NCBI GenBank assembly: GCA_965285935.1
Contig: OZ260664.1
Coordinates: 4,650,001-4,714,000, forward strand
DNA length: 64,000 nt
DNA from: Ophelia neglecta
Lineage: Eukaryota
Direction: 5' to 3'
The notes beneath the pieces are model-generated. The model ran no database searches, had not been told where the DNA came from, and saw only the letters and a program-made list of their open reading frames with translations. Made by a program: the position numbers and the translations under genes. Positions within the stretch are counted from its first letter, which is position 1, and each line of letters opens with the position of its first letter. Shown here piece after piece: positions 28,201 through 39,341 of the stretch.

Positions 28201-29009
28201 TATGGCATGCATGTTTCATGAGATGAGTGCATTGCCAAGAAAGCTACCTGGTTAATCAGTAAATCAATGCATTATCGCCCCAGAGTTTTTGTTATTAAAT
28301 CCGGGGATGAACTATAGCATTTTCCGGGTTTTGAGATTAAACAAGCAGACAGAAATGATTAAGGCTGGCAACGCAGGTGAGATAACTTGAAAGAAATTTA
28401 AACTAGCAACAAAGACGACATCGTTGGCCAAGAGACACGTAATCTTACAGACAATGTGTAATATTATTTGTGTGCAAGTAAAGTATAATTTTACTGTGAT
28501 CAATGATTAGTACAGAACTGAGTAGATGACAAAAATATACGCGTGCGGGGCCCGCAATAAATAATACAAAGGATACTTTTCACCGTTCTAAGATGCTTGA
28601 TATCTTGAGTATCTTCGCCCTACATTGACAAATAATCTTTGAACTTTGACTTGTTTTTTCACGCTAAGACTTAACCGTGGAGAATGCTTACCATAGCCAG
28701 TTATAATCCTAGTATGACGTGTTTCATTAATGTAGGTTGCCCAGTTTAATATTTCAGCTATGATTCGCCCAATAATGTTTGTGATCCTGGGATAGATGAT
28801 TCCTAGGGATTTCGAACTTATTTAATTTATTTATATTCCTGGTATCTTGTCAATGTTTTCCAATGACATGACTTCGATAATTTATATTGTAAATCCTTCT
28901 TTGTGAGAGCTTTCGGCGTCAAGATTTGAAACCTATCGAAAGAGCCAGGAAAGAGAAATGTAATTATACGAATATGTGTTCCGTTTAATGCCTTCTTACA
29001 CGCTAAAAC
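25264..29009. repeat. 3.75-kb tandem segmental duplication, copy 2
   Basis: Direct head-to-tail copy; paired ORFs in the track (22104/25849, 23711/27460, 24563/28312). Confidence 0.97.
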
Positions 29010-29449
29010 GATGATAACTCAGTATCAGCCATATCCAGTCCTAATATAGATGGAAAATTGTGTTTGAGCAATTCCGCCAGGGGTCTCCAGTGGTAACAGA
29101 TCCCATTTAAAATATTGAATCCAGGGCAACCCTAAAATTAAAATCAAATCTAAATTCGCATATGCCCTCAAATAATAGACGTGACATAAGTTAACCCAGA
29201 GGGAGAAGGGGGGGGGGGGCGCTAAAGGATGTCTTTGTAAAAAAAAATTTAATCGAATTGGTCGTAAGCACCTGAAGATAACTGAAAATTTGTGGCGGCA
29301 GTTCTTTTATAAAGACCAATTTCCTTTTTCTTTGAATCATGCCCAAAATATTTCCTTGTCAGATATTGGAATCAAGTCTTTACTTTCTCCAAATATTGCC
29401 GCACACTTATATTCTTGAAAAGCCCTTAGAGCCATAAATCCCGGTATAT

Positions 29450-30900
29450 AATGGCGTGCTTTTATTGAGCAGGCAACAAGCACGGGACAAAGCAGTATCT
29501 CAACATCCGTAATGGCGCTTGCTTACAGATTATGGACTACTGCTTCTTGGTCAGTAAAAGACAGAAACCTGTCTATTTGATTCCACAGTATCTGGGGAGA
29601 TAGCTGTGTATGGCACATAGACTCTTCTGATCCGACCAGTAAAAAATAAACTAGTTTTTATAGTGAAGATAGCTGCACACACCAGCAGATCAATAACTAA
29701 GTTGTTGTGATCCGACTATGACGATGCAGCATTCATTACTTGATTAGTAGCTGGGCCGCATCCCAGAAAGATTTGTTTGCTAACTGCTCGTAAAAGAATG
29801 GAGGAATATTGATGAACAACTTCCGGAAATAAGCAATGTGCAGATGGATTTCAAGTTTTGTTAACGGTTCAATAATACTACTAAAAGAAAATGGTCAAGG
29901 TCATTGGATTCATATATCAGGAGCGCCTTGTCAAGCCGTTGATTGTCCTGTGGCGTTTTAGTCACTGAGATCACCGTCCTCGTATCCTGTGGTAAGTGGT
30001 ATTAATTTACTTGCCAAAAGTCTCCATATTAATAACAAAAATCCCCGTTCATCCATATACATGCCAGCGCCTCCCCACTTGCATTATAATACGACTAGCT
30101 TTAGGACTGTGCCAAATACTCAAGATCACCTAATTAAGAAACACATAGCCGCAGACAGCCGGAAAATGTCTTAAGGGTTGTTAAAAACTACCTGTTCTCG
30201 TGGCCTTTCCAATGAGTATGATATTAAACAGGTAACTTCTGAAAACATAGTAGACAAGGAATAACCTGGTCTGTAATTGACTAGTCTGGCTGCCGCCCTG
30301 GCGGATGCAGCTACAAAAGGAAATTGTTCCATATAATGACAACATAACTTGGTACCTACAGCCATGTTCCAAACATCCACGGTATGTTGCATTCATCGAT
30401 TAAGCTGGATAGCAATATTTAAGGGAAATATCAATACAATATGTTTGCAGCTTTGTTTCGTTTTGTATTTGTTTGAATTTGTTTGCGCCACGCTCCAGTT
30501 TAAGCCTGAGGTGGACACATCAATAAAGCTGACTGTGTTTGTTCACAACTCTGTTATTAATTCTCACCAATATAGATTCAACCTCCTTATATTATCATTC
30601 AAATCATCTAGAGTGTTAATGCGTTCTGATGAACAGCGTCAGTCTTCCTTTCATATACTGCTTTTTGGAAGCTCCCGCCCCGAGGTTGTCCAACCTATTA
30701 ATGTCTTGACCGATTTTAACACCCAGCGTTTATGGATTATTAATGGATTATTCCAGAAAACAGTTGTTTTGCTATTCATATCACCTCAATGCTGTTTGCA
30801 GCCCGCCTGGGGCAGTTTGTGTCTCTTCATAAACCCAGTAGCTAGTACAATGTTTGCACAATACATCGTCAGATACAAGTAGTTCAATAACGATGCCTGA
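29450..30900 (-). pseudogene. Probable decayed TRIM-NHL paralogue
   Basis: Ordered minus-strand fragments: VLCKHC (B-box-like), a coiled-coil-like stretch, DKALLIYESN (cf. DKSAPILVYDYN), IVI.SDHNN (cf. IVVSDFGN), TGRI (cf. AGRI). Confidence 0.4.
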
Positions 30901-31298
30901 GGCTATACCATAGCTCATTCTGGAATCATCTATTGCTCTCTTTGTTCTGATAATAATCGGAAACTAAGTCAATAAAGGCAGCTATAGGCCTGCCGTTAAA
31001 TCTCGACAAAAATGACCAGCTTGCAATGAAGTCTTTTGAAACAGTGTAATAAATTTTCTGCTATAATACTCTTCCAAAGCATGGGAAAATAATAGACTGT
31101 TGCAACAATATCATGTCATATGGTATTGCAGACAGCGAATTAACACTTTAACACTTCGACTACCCTTCGTTCAATCCGTCTTAACAACTAAACCATATTT
31201 TGAAAATACCAACACCTGCACAATATGTCGTCAATTTTATGCGAATTCCCGTCAGTTGTGTTCGGTCAGCCGAAGAACTATTACCCTCCCCCCCTCTC

Positions 31299-31397
31299 CA
31301 CACATACACACACACACACACCCTCACACACACACCCTCATACACACACACACACCCACTCACACATAAACACACACAAATACACCTACACACACAC
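31299..31397. repeat. (CA)n microsatellite
   Basis: Visible; source of the HT-repeat ORFs. Confidence 0.9.
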
Positions 31398-31419
31398 TCT
31401 TTTTTGTTGCCATATGTTA

Positions 31420-31650
31420 AGACAATCTACCATAAAGAATTGTATAAAATGGTAATTTTGTTAATCAGGCCTAATCTAATATTGTCAAACCTTTTAGAAT
31501 CACTGTCTGTGTCCATCATCAGAAGATGAGTACGACATAAACCTTAATACTTCGACATTCAGAAGCACATGGTCATAATTTTTTCTTAACATCCTAATAT
31601 GTATTTCCATTATTTCCATTTCAACTTTATTGCTGGGTATTTCCGAATAG
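31420..31650 (+). pseudogene. Weak GPCR relic
   Basis: ELYKMVI (ERYxMV-like) and FNFIAGYF. Confidence 0.35.
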
Positions 31651-33023
31651 TACGTAACAGTCGCATTCTAAAGGGCAGATGATTTTATACAGGCAGTGTC
31701 AGATAGTTGTGTCACATTGATTTACGCACAATTGATTTGCATTGTCGTTAATCTTCACTGCTTGAACGCACAGATGGTCACCACTTCTTTAGCATATGCA
31801 AGCCGAGTCCTTCACCTTGATTGATTTATGTGATCTTTGGGTGCAGAGCGATTAGAAACAAATGGACCTTATCCTTTTGATTGACTGTTAATTTTCTGCA
31901 CATTGAACATCACCAATTGAATGTCGGATTATCGTGCATATTAAATTGCAGCATATATACAGCCTCATCTTTATAGCTGTTTTACTGTGTTTTTAAATAC
32001 CCTTATAGTAAAGCATTAAGTTGCCTGTTAGGAAACCTCCATTGGTTATCGACGAATAGGGCAATATCGAATTAGGCACATATTTAAATTGGAATATATT
32101 AGATAGGAAGCGCTCTGGATGTAGCTGTGACATCATAACCACCAAGTTTAATTTCTTACTGTTTTCCGTTTTCTGAAATGTAACCGTCTCGACAGTGGTT
32201 GTAAACAACACTATTTACAGAGAATGCAGTGGGCAAAGCTATTACTATTAATTTGTAAGGAATGCAGTTTTTGTAAGCTCATTTTGAAATGCAAACTATT
32301 ATTCATGTCAGACAAATTTTGCAATATTACCAAGAGATGATCTCTACCAGTTTTATTTTAACCCTAATGTATCTACTGGAAAATCACCTAACTAAGAACT
32401 ACGATGGCTCGGCATAGAATTCATCAAAAGGTAAAGCACATTAATTTTTGTTAATGGAAAAATACCGATTTATCTCCCTTCAAATGAAATGCCTAAACTG
32501 GACCATCTCTTTAAATCAAGAGTAACACACATAGATAAATATTGTTCGTGGAATCGCTTAAGGGCTTTCTTTTTCTCGTAATAGTTTCTCTGATATTTAC
32601 ACCTCTTGTTTATATTTCAAACTGCACTACTTGCCAATGGGCAAAAGTTCATTTTAAATGAACTTGGTATAATATTATTTTGTTTTTATTATATTACGTG
32701 TAAGACCAGATCATATATACAAGAGCCTGTCTAGACAAAAGGAGAGCCTGCGGGTTTAAGGTTTTCGTGAGTGGCATTAACTACGCTTGAATATAGCCAT
32801 ATCGCCCTCTACGGTTTTGCTCGTTTATGGAACAAATTGCCTAACAGCATGCACACTTTTTCTCGACTGAATGGGGTAAAATAGATTGCGATGCTTAAAG
32901 GGAACACCGGGGGAGGGGGGGGGGGGGGGCACATGATCAAAAATTAAGTGACCCTTATTTTCTGGTCAGTCAGCAGCACCAAGTGAGGTGTCATGGAAGG
33001 CGGATTAGATTGCATCTTATACT

Positions 33024-33212
33024 GTGGACTATGTTATTATTTATCAAGGTTATTTATTTAGGATGTTTCTAATCAGCCAACAGGTTGGTAAACTTTCTTA
33101 TGCTTGTTTAGTGAATTTAGTCATTGCTTTGTCATTGAAATATAGGCGTGACTCACTTTACACGAATTTAGGGGAATTCATGCGGAGATTTACATTAGAC
33201 GCTATCAATTAG
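33024..33212 (+). pseudogene. Weak GPCR relic (TM3)
   Basis: YACLVNLVIALSLKYR resembles S..NLV.LS.ERY. Confidence 0.35.
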
Positions 33213-34009
33213 GGCCATGTGTCAGTGAACTCATTTGGTGTCTAGATCAAATAGCGCACCTAGGTTTTTAAGTTTGGTTAGGTGTAATCCATCTTCACAG
33301 ATATAGATAAGGGCGCTTTTAATTATCCTACCAGGGAATGTATCACCGATAACATAAATGCAATTTAAAAACACTCCCCCAGTGTCCTTAGTCCCTAACT
33401 ACAAGCATATTGTTATAGTGATAGTATTTAATCTCCGCGAAATAAGATATCAAACTTGTGGATGCATGTTTAATAACGATCACTCATGGCTAGGTTATTG
33501 TTTCCAATGTGAATGAAATTGCCATGTTTTGGAAGCGTGGGAGTACCATCTGACTCTTACGTTCCAGGCCTGTCAAGTGGTCTTTGATTTATGTGTCTGC
33601 CAAATGCTTAATACCGGAAATGCAGCCTTACAACAGCGCTTTTAATCAAGATGTGCCGTTTTATTACCTGAGCTGGGGGTGAAGGGAAGGAGCCTTTTTT
33701 TCGATCGATATGCATAAACAACTCTTCATAAGCCAGGGTTTTGAATGGCGTAACGTTTACATCCGTTTATTCACGTGCATTTAAACCACTAGCTTCATGC
33801 TTGTTAATCACCGCCGTTTAAAACTATCTTTAGCAAATAGTTTCCCAGTGATTTATGTGATAATACTCGTTGCATAGCATGTCAACAAAAAATGAAAATA
33901 AGTGTTGTGAAACCATGTGTTCCATTCTGTAAGTGGTCCCTGTTTTACCCATATCCTAAAAGATTCAATGAGCTACTATTGGAATATTAGTATCGGCCAT
34001 TGTAGAAAA

Positions 34010-34400
34010 CAAAATCAGGACTGAATACCCAGAACACAAAGCAATAATATAGTAAAGTTCATTAAATGGACCCGAAGTCACCCGTTACCGTCAGCTGCAG
34101 GCCCACAAACATCAATCCCCAGGTCCCTAACTGTGAATAAGCTGGTACTGAATTAACTACAGAAATCCATCACATAAAGAATTAAAAAATACAATAAGCT
34201 TTGGTAGCAGAGGTCAGAACTCATATTTTGTTATTCAAAATATCAGAATGAGCGAAAAATCAACGATTATCGTTGGATCAGTTAGCTAAACAGTGGCCTT
34301 CGCTCACCAGTCTGCCCTTTTGATCAGCAAGTTACTAGTTCGAGCCATTCGCTGCTGAATAACCCTTGGAAGTAAATTTGATATAACTCTATTAGCAACA
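34010..34400 (-). pseudogene. GPCR relic, GYP subfamily (TM3-TM5)
   Basis: FSSEWLELV.LAD; one frame reads ATKAYCIF*FFM*WISVVNSVPAYSQLGTWGLMFVGLQLTVTGDFGSI*, with W4.50-S4.53-S4.57-P4.59 spacing if TGA was TGG; then ALCSGYSVL. Confidence 0.75.
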
Positions 34401-34454
34401 GTGATTTAGTAGAGTCACGTTTTGTATAGGACAGTGTTTTTATTACATATGGAG

Positions 34455-35010
34455 TTTGGTATGGGACGGTTTGATGGGATGAGGGTTCTTGTTATGGGAT
34501 AGGATAGGGTACTTTGCATAGGAAGTGGTTGATGGGTTGAGAGTACTTGGCATGGTAGGAGTTTATGGGGTGAGGGTACTCGGCTTGGCAGGGGTTGATG
34601 AGATGGGATGCTTGGAATGGGAAGGGTACTTGGCATGGAGAGGGGTTGATGAGACGACGGTACTCGGCTTGGGCGGTGTTGATGAGATAGGGTGCTTGGT
34701 ATGGAAGGGGTAGATGGAATGGGGTACTAGGAAGGGGAAGGTGTTGATAAGAAGGGATACTTGACATGAAAGGGTGTTGTTGGAATGGGGGTATATGGCA
34801 TAGGAAGGAGTGTGGGACGGGGTACGTGGTAGGCGTAGGCGTTGATGAGACGACGGTACTTGGCTTGGGAGCGGTTGATGAGATGGGGTGCTTGGGAAGG
34901 GAGGGGTGGATGGAATGGCTTACATGGCGTGGAAAGATGTTGTTGGGACGGGGTGAATGCCATGGGACGGTTTTATGGGATAGTGGTTATTGGCATGGGA
35001 AAATGTTGAT
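34455..35010. repeat. G-rich degenerate ~35 bp tandem repeat (GGTTGATGAGATGGG...GGTACTTGGCATGG)
   Basis: Recurrent ggttgatgaga and gggtacttggc blocks with strong strand skew. Confidence 0.85.
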
Positions 35011-35564
35011 AAGATGCATTATTGGTTCAAAAATGTGAAAATTTGCCCACTTTTATTTGTGGGTGATATTAAGCATGCAGATGTTGACTTTATATTCTTG
35101 TTGTTAAATGCTTCATGTTATATATCTTGTATATGGAAGGACTGTGTGTGTTAACATTCTGCTATCCCTCCTAGCTTTGGAACCTTTTAGGACTCATACA
35201 ATTTTCAAACTTTTCTCTATCAAATATTTTTTTCTTATGTGAATTGAGCATTAATTTACATCCTTTTAATCATATTTGAAAAAGGAGACATTGTTACACA
35301 CCAATGTATCTTCCTGCATTATAAAGACATATATGGCCATACGAGAAAGGGGCTTGTCTAAAGCATGGAGTAAATATGATGGTAACATTGTGAAATGAAC
35401 CAGACACGGTTATATTTGACTGCATATTATGTGCATCTGTAACATATGATTTGTCAGTCCCAAACAGACCCACATGACCCCTGGCACTAGGATGACAGTT
35501 AACGTATGTCTATGACATAAGCAGACACCACTGAAGTCCGATTAAAAACTAGATTTAATACTCA

Positions 35565-35582
35565 TTTATTTACCAATTTATT
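35565..35582 (-). promoter_or_regulatory. Candidate polyadenylation signals of the TRIM-NHL gene
   Basis: Two AATAAA on the minus strand (tttatt at 35565-35570 and 35577-35582), ~570 nt past the stop codon. Confidence 0.4.
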
Positions 35583-35630
35583 GCTTACAACAAATGATCT
35601 GGTCAATTACTGCTGAGATTTCATTAAAAT

Positions 35631-35870
35631 TTAGAAGAAAAATCTTATAAGTTGAACAGAAAATGATAGTGGATGTTTGTTCGACAATGAAAAGGCAAAA
35701 TAGAGGAATGGGTATCCGGCAAACATTGAAATAAAGAAAATACGGAGTGGCTGCCTGGCCCACAACGAAAAGGGTAGAACTATAATATAAATCAAAAGGG
35801 TAGATTCGCTATTAGAAGAATAAATCCACCTATTCCTTTTGTTGGTCATCTTATGAATTTGCACACACAT
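35631..35870 (-). pseudogene. GPCR relic (TM4-TM5) in the putative TRIM 3' UTR
   Basis: LLIYIIVLPF...IFFISMFAGYPFLYFAFS. Confidence 0.6.
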
Positions 35871-36142
35871 TAAACAGTTTTTTTTACAAATCCATTCAAC
35901 TTAAACATAATACACAATTTCATATCCAACCTATATAAAAATGCCCCGGCAAATGTGAGCATCACCTGTTCATGGCTTTTAGTCAAAACTTGACTTTAAT
36001 CTAAAACCCGATCATGACAAAGTTCGCATAGACACTATACCCTGCACAGCTCAACTCCATTACTTGGCTGTAACTGGCATAATTACACATCAAAATAAAT
36101 TGTTGCGATAAAAGGTAATAATAGGTAAAAAAGGCAATGAGC

Positions 36143-38038
36143 CTACTGAAACACCTGTATGAGCCCGCTATCAAAGCCGACTACCAAAACTCTCATCTGG
36201 GGGTCACATGACACACACCACGGGTCCCCTTTCAGTTGTTTTCTGTCCAACAGGCAGCGCCACTTGTTCTGGTCGTTCTCCGACCAGAACGATACAATCC
36301 TACAATGGTCCCTGTCGCACACAATGATTCTCCCGGCGAGGTCGGTGGTGACGCCCCGTGGATGCAGTAAGTGACCATCTCCTGATCCCAGCCGACCAAA
36401 CGTCCGGATATGCCGTCCTCTCATGTCATGTACCTTAACACTATGATTACCAAAGTCACTGACGACAATGACCGGTTGATTGATACCAGTCACATGCCCT
36501 ACATGGACCTTGAAGGGACAGGTAGCCTGCCTTTCCCCAGAGTCCCCGCCCACAAACTTCCTGACGACCCTGAGTCTGGCCGCGTCTACGAGGTACACTT
36601 TGTTTTTACCACAGACAGAGATCACATAGATATCGTCCTCCTCATTGTAGCTGATATCGTACGGGTCCCGCCCGATCTTCACTTTGGCCGCTAGCTCCCC
36701 GGCAGTGTTTATCAGCATCAGGGCGCCCTCTACTGGACACAGGTACATGGAGCGTTTGGTATCCAATGAAATAGCTCTGGATTGCCTATCTACCAGCCCA
36801 TCAATGCTTCCACCGAGTCTCTCCAAGAGCTGACCATTGTAGTCATACACCAGGATAGGAGCGGACTTGTCATTGGTCCGAACCAGGAGATTCTGTTCCT
36901 TAGTGTCTATGGCCAGTCCCCGGATATCACTCCCCACGTAGAATGAACACCTCTTAATGACTGGGGCTAACGGAGATACATCAAAGACCAGCGACTGGTA
37001 GGTGATGTCCTCACAGTCGCCAATCAGGTCCTTCATTCCATCACACAAGGAGCTAAACTTGTCCTTAAAGTCAGGCAGGTTAGTAGTATAGGGGGTTACT
37101 TCTGAGGTGGCATCTGGTGAAGTGGGAAATTCACACTCTTTCAACACAAGTTCAGGTTCTGGTGACTTCTCCAATAAGTGTTTGGCGTAGTCCAATAATC
37201 TGGCTTTTGAGGAGACTTGTTCATTCAGGTTTGAAACATATATCTTCATGTTATTTATTTCAGCAGACAATTTGATTTCAGTGCTTCTCTCTAAGGAATC
37301 TAGTTTCTGTTCAAATTCCTTTAATAGATCCCTCAAATTGGAGACCGAATCCTGAAATTGTTGTTTTAGATCCTCTGCTTTAGATATTTGTTTGTTAATC
37401 TCCTTGACCTCTGCCTTGTTCAAGGTCAAATCTCCCTCACTGATAAACTGTTCCAAGCGCCTGCGACTAGCGTCAGCCAGAACCTGAATGCCCTCGATCT
37501 TGTGGTCAGAATGATCTCCCATGATACAGTTGACACAGAGACACTGTTTACACTCCTGACAAAAAACTGTGACTATGTCATCAGGGTGAGATTCACAGAA
37601 CACACATTTAGAGATCGGCTCGGTCTCATGGTTCTCAAACATCTTAGGCTTCTTGTGGTTGGCCGCACAATCACAACAGAAGTTTTTCTTACACTGATTG
37701 CAATGGCTGACAGCTGTGACGTTCTTCCTGCCACAGGGGTCACAGTATCTGGTGCTTTTCATGTCGACTCCCTCCAGCAGAATGGAGATCTGCCTCTGAA
37801 GCTCATTGACCAGGACAGGCCGGGGTAGATCATCGACATGTTTACCTGGGCCCAGCTGTGTGTCATGGCGACATGTAGGACAGATCAATGAATTATTTAC
37901 CCCAGCGATGCTCTCTAAACAAACTCGGCAGAAATGGTGGGCACATGTCAAGACACGAGGATCCTTGAAGTCATCCAGACAAACTGGGCATTCAAACATG
38001 CCCTGAAGACCACTGACCTGAGGAGTTGCGGTAGCCAT
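36143..38038 (-). CDS. TRIM-NHL family E3 ubiquitin ligase (TRIM2/3/56/71-like), single coding exon, ~631 aa
   Basis: Uninterrupted ORF. C3HC4 RING (CPVC...CAHHFCRVC...CPTCR), B-box1 (CDPC...CNQCKKNFCCDCAANH), B-box2 (CESH...FCQECKQCLCVNCIMGDHSDH), coiled coil, then NHL repeats (FGRLGSGDGHLLHPRGVTTDLAGRIIVCD; IVVSDFGNHSVKVHD). No filamin domain seen. First ATG in good context (aaaATGG, MATATP) is at 38038; the ORF track start at 38116 is a GTG. Confidence 0.93.
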   Translation of the reverse strand: MATATPQVSGLQGMFECPVCLDDFKDPRVLTCAHHFCRVCLESIAGVNNSLICPTCRHDTQLGPGKHVDDLPRPVLVNELQRQISILLEGVDMKSTRYCDPCGRKNVTAVSHCNQCKKNFCCDCAANHKKPKMFENHETEPISKCVFCESHPDDIVTVFCQECKQCLCVNCIMGDHSDHKIEGIQVLADASRRRLEQFISEGDLTLNKAEVKEINKQISKAEDLKQQFQDSVSNLRDLLKEFEQKLDSLERSTEIKLSAEINNMKIYVSNLNEQVSSKARLLDYAKHLLEKSPEPELVLKECEFPTSPDATSEVTPYTTNLPDFKDKFSSLCDGMKDLIGDCEDITYQSLVFDVSPLAPVIKRCSFYVGSDIRGLAIDTKEQNLLVRTNDKSAPILVYDYNGQLLERLGGSIDGLVDRQSRAISLDTKRSMYLCPVEGALMLINTAGELAAKVKIGRDPYDISYNEEDDIYVISVCGKNKVYLVDAARLRVVRKFVGGDSGERQATCPFKVHVGHVTGINQPVIVVSDFGNHSVKVHDMRGRHIRTFGRLGSGDGHLLHPRGVTTDLAGRIIVCDRDHCRIVSFWSENDQNKWRCLLDRKQLKGDPWCVSCDPQMRVLVVGFDSGLIQVFQ

Positions 38039-39044
38039 TTTCAGTTCTGTAGTTATACGGTTTGTTAGCTGTATGTGTATAATAGCTTCGTACTTGTGTA
38101 TCAGGCCTGACATCACACATGATAGAGACCAAACACTTATCCTCTAATAATATTATACTATAAATGCATCCGTTCACTATGGATTACAAGTGTCATCGCT
38201 GATATGCTGAAGCAAATAATATTGGCAGGCCAGGAGCAGTGGTGATTTCAAAGGGATACTTGGTCGTTATCAACCGTCTAGTTACACCAGACATTAGCTG
38301 GAAAGGAGTGCTCCAGTCAGGTGAACGTTTAAGTATGTCATCAATTCAAAGCGCGACACATAATGTTAGTAAGACGTATGAGTGGTTTTTATAATAGAAC
38401 CATTCTCGGTGGCGCGGCCCACTTTCACTGATTTTATCTATGAGTTGCAAAGCCCTCATACAATATATTCTGGATCTGAACCCTGGAAGTGGACCCATCA
38501 CCAGAGAGGAGGGTCAAGTTCAAGGGGTCAGATTTAGATTCTGACCTCCATTTAAGAGACAAAATGACATCAGGGAAGTGGGCAGCGCAATTGGATAGGC
38601 TTCTAATTTAGCTATTTATTCCCAGTAGAAGGCCAACGTACATGTATCAAGTGGGACTGTCCCAATTATTGATATAATACAAAACAATAATGTAAGGCTA
38701 AAATATAGCGTTGATAAATAGCATTGATATACAACCTGACCCTAAGCTGACCTATTTAAAGCCTGGCTATGACCTGACCTTCTTACAGCCTGAGTTTGAT
38801 CAACCCTTTACATAACTCAATAATCCTTCCCTTGTTTATCAGACGTATAAGCGATGTTTAACCTAAGTTTACCGATGTTAATTTGGTATTTATCTGATAT
38901 TTACCGACGTTTATCCTGATGTTTGGCTGCATATTAGAGCAGACTTAATAATGACAGATCCCTGAGACCTCGGATCATGGTGACCTTAACTATTGGAGAA
39001 CTTACCACGCATGTTTCATAACCCTCCAGGACCTTACCTTAACG

Positions 39045-39341
39045 GTCACATGACCCTTAGATACCTTACCGCACCAGTGACCTTACCACACAAGTCGTAT
39101 GACCACGCCCCTATTTAGCAGAGAGAGATTTATCTATACACACCGGATGCCATCCTTCTAGTAACCTTAGCCACAGTCCCCCTCTTTATTCTAGCCAAAC
39201 TAATTTTGTAGGGGTTGAAGACTCGTTTCTTTGGTATAACTGGTTAACAACTGCTGACACAAAAATGACTTCAATTTGAATGTAACTGGCATAGCTGAAG
39301 TAAGCTGACTGGTGCGGTAAGGTCTCTAAGGGTCATGTGAC
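39045..39341. repeat. 34-bp inverted repeat (39045-39078 / 39308-39341), 33/34 match
   Basis: gtcacatgacccttagataccttaccgcaccagt versus actggtgcggtaaggtctctaagggtcatgtgac. Confidence 0.85.

Noticed and set aside
21519-29009. Helitron or LTR element as the source of the duplication
   Set aside because: No TC/CTRR ends with hairpin, no TG..CA ends, PBS or TSD, and no transposon coding sequence seen.
36159-38177. Short ORFs overlapping the TRIM gene (and likewise those overlapping the LINE)
   Set aside because: Antisense or alternate-frame shadows of real coding sequence.
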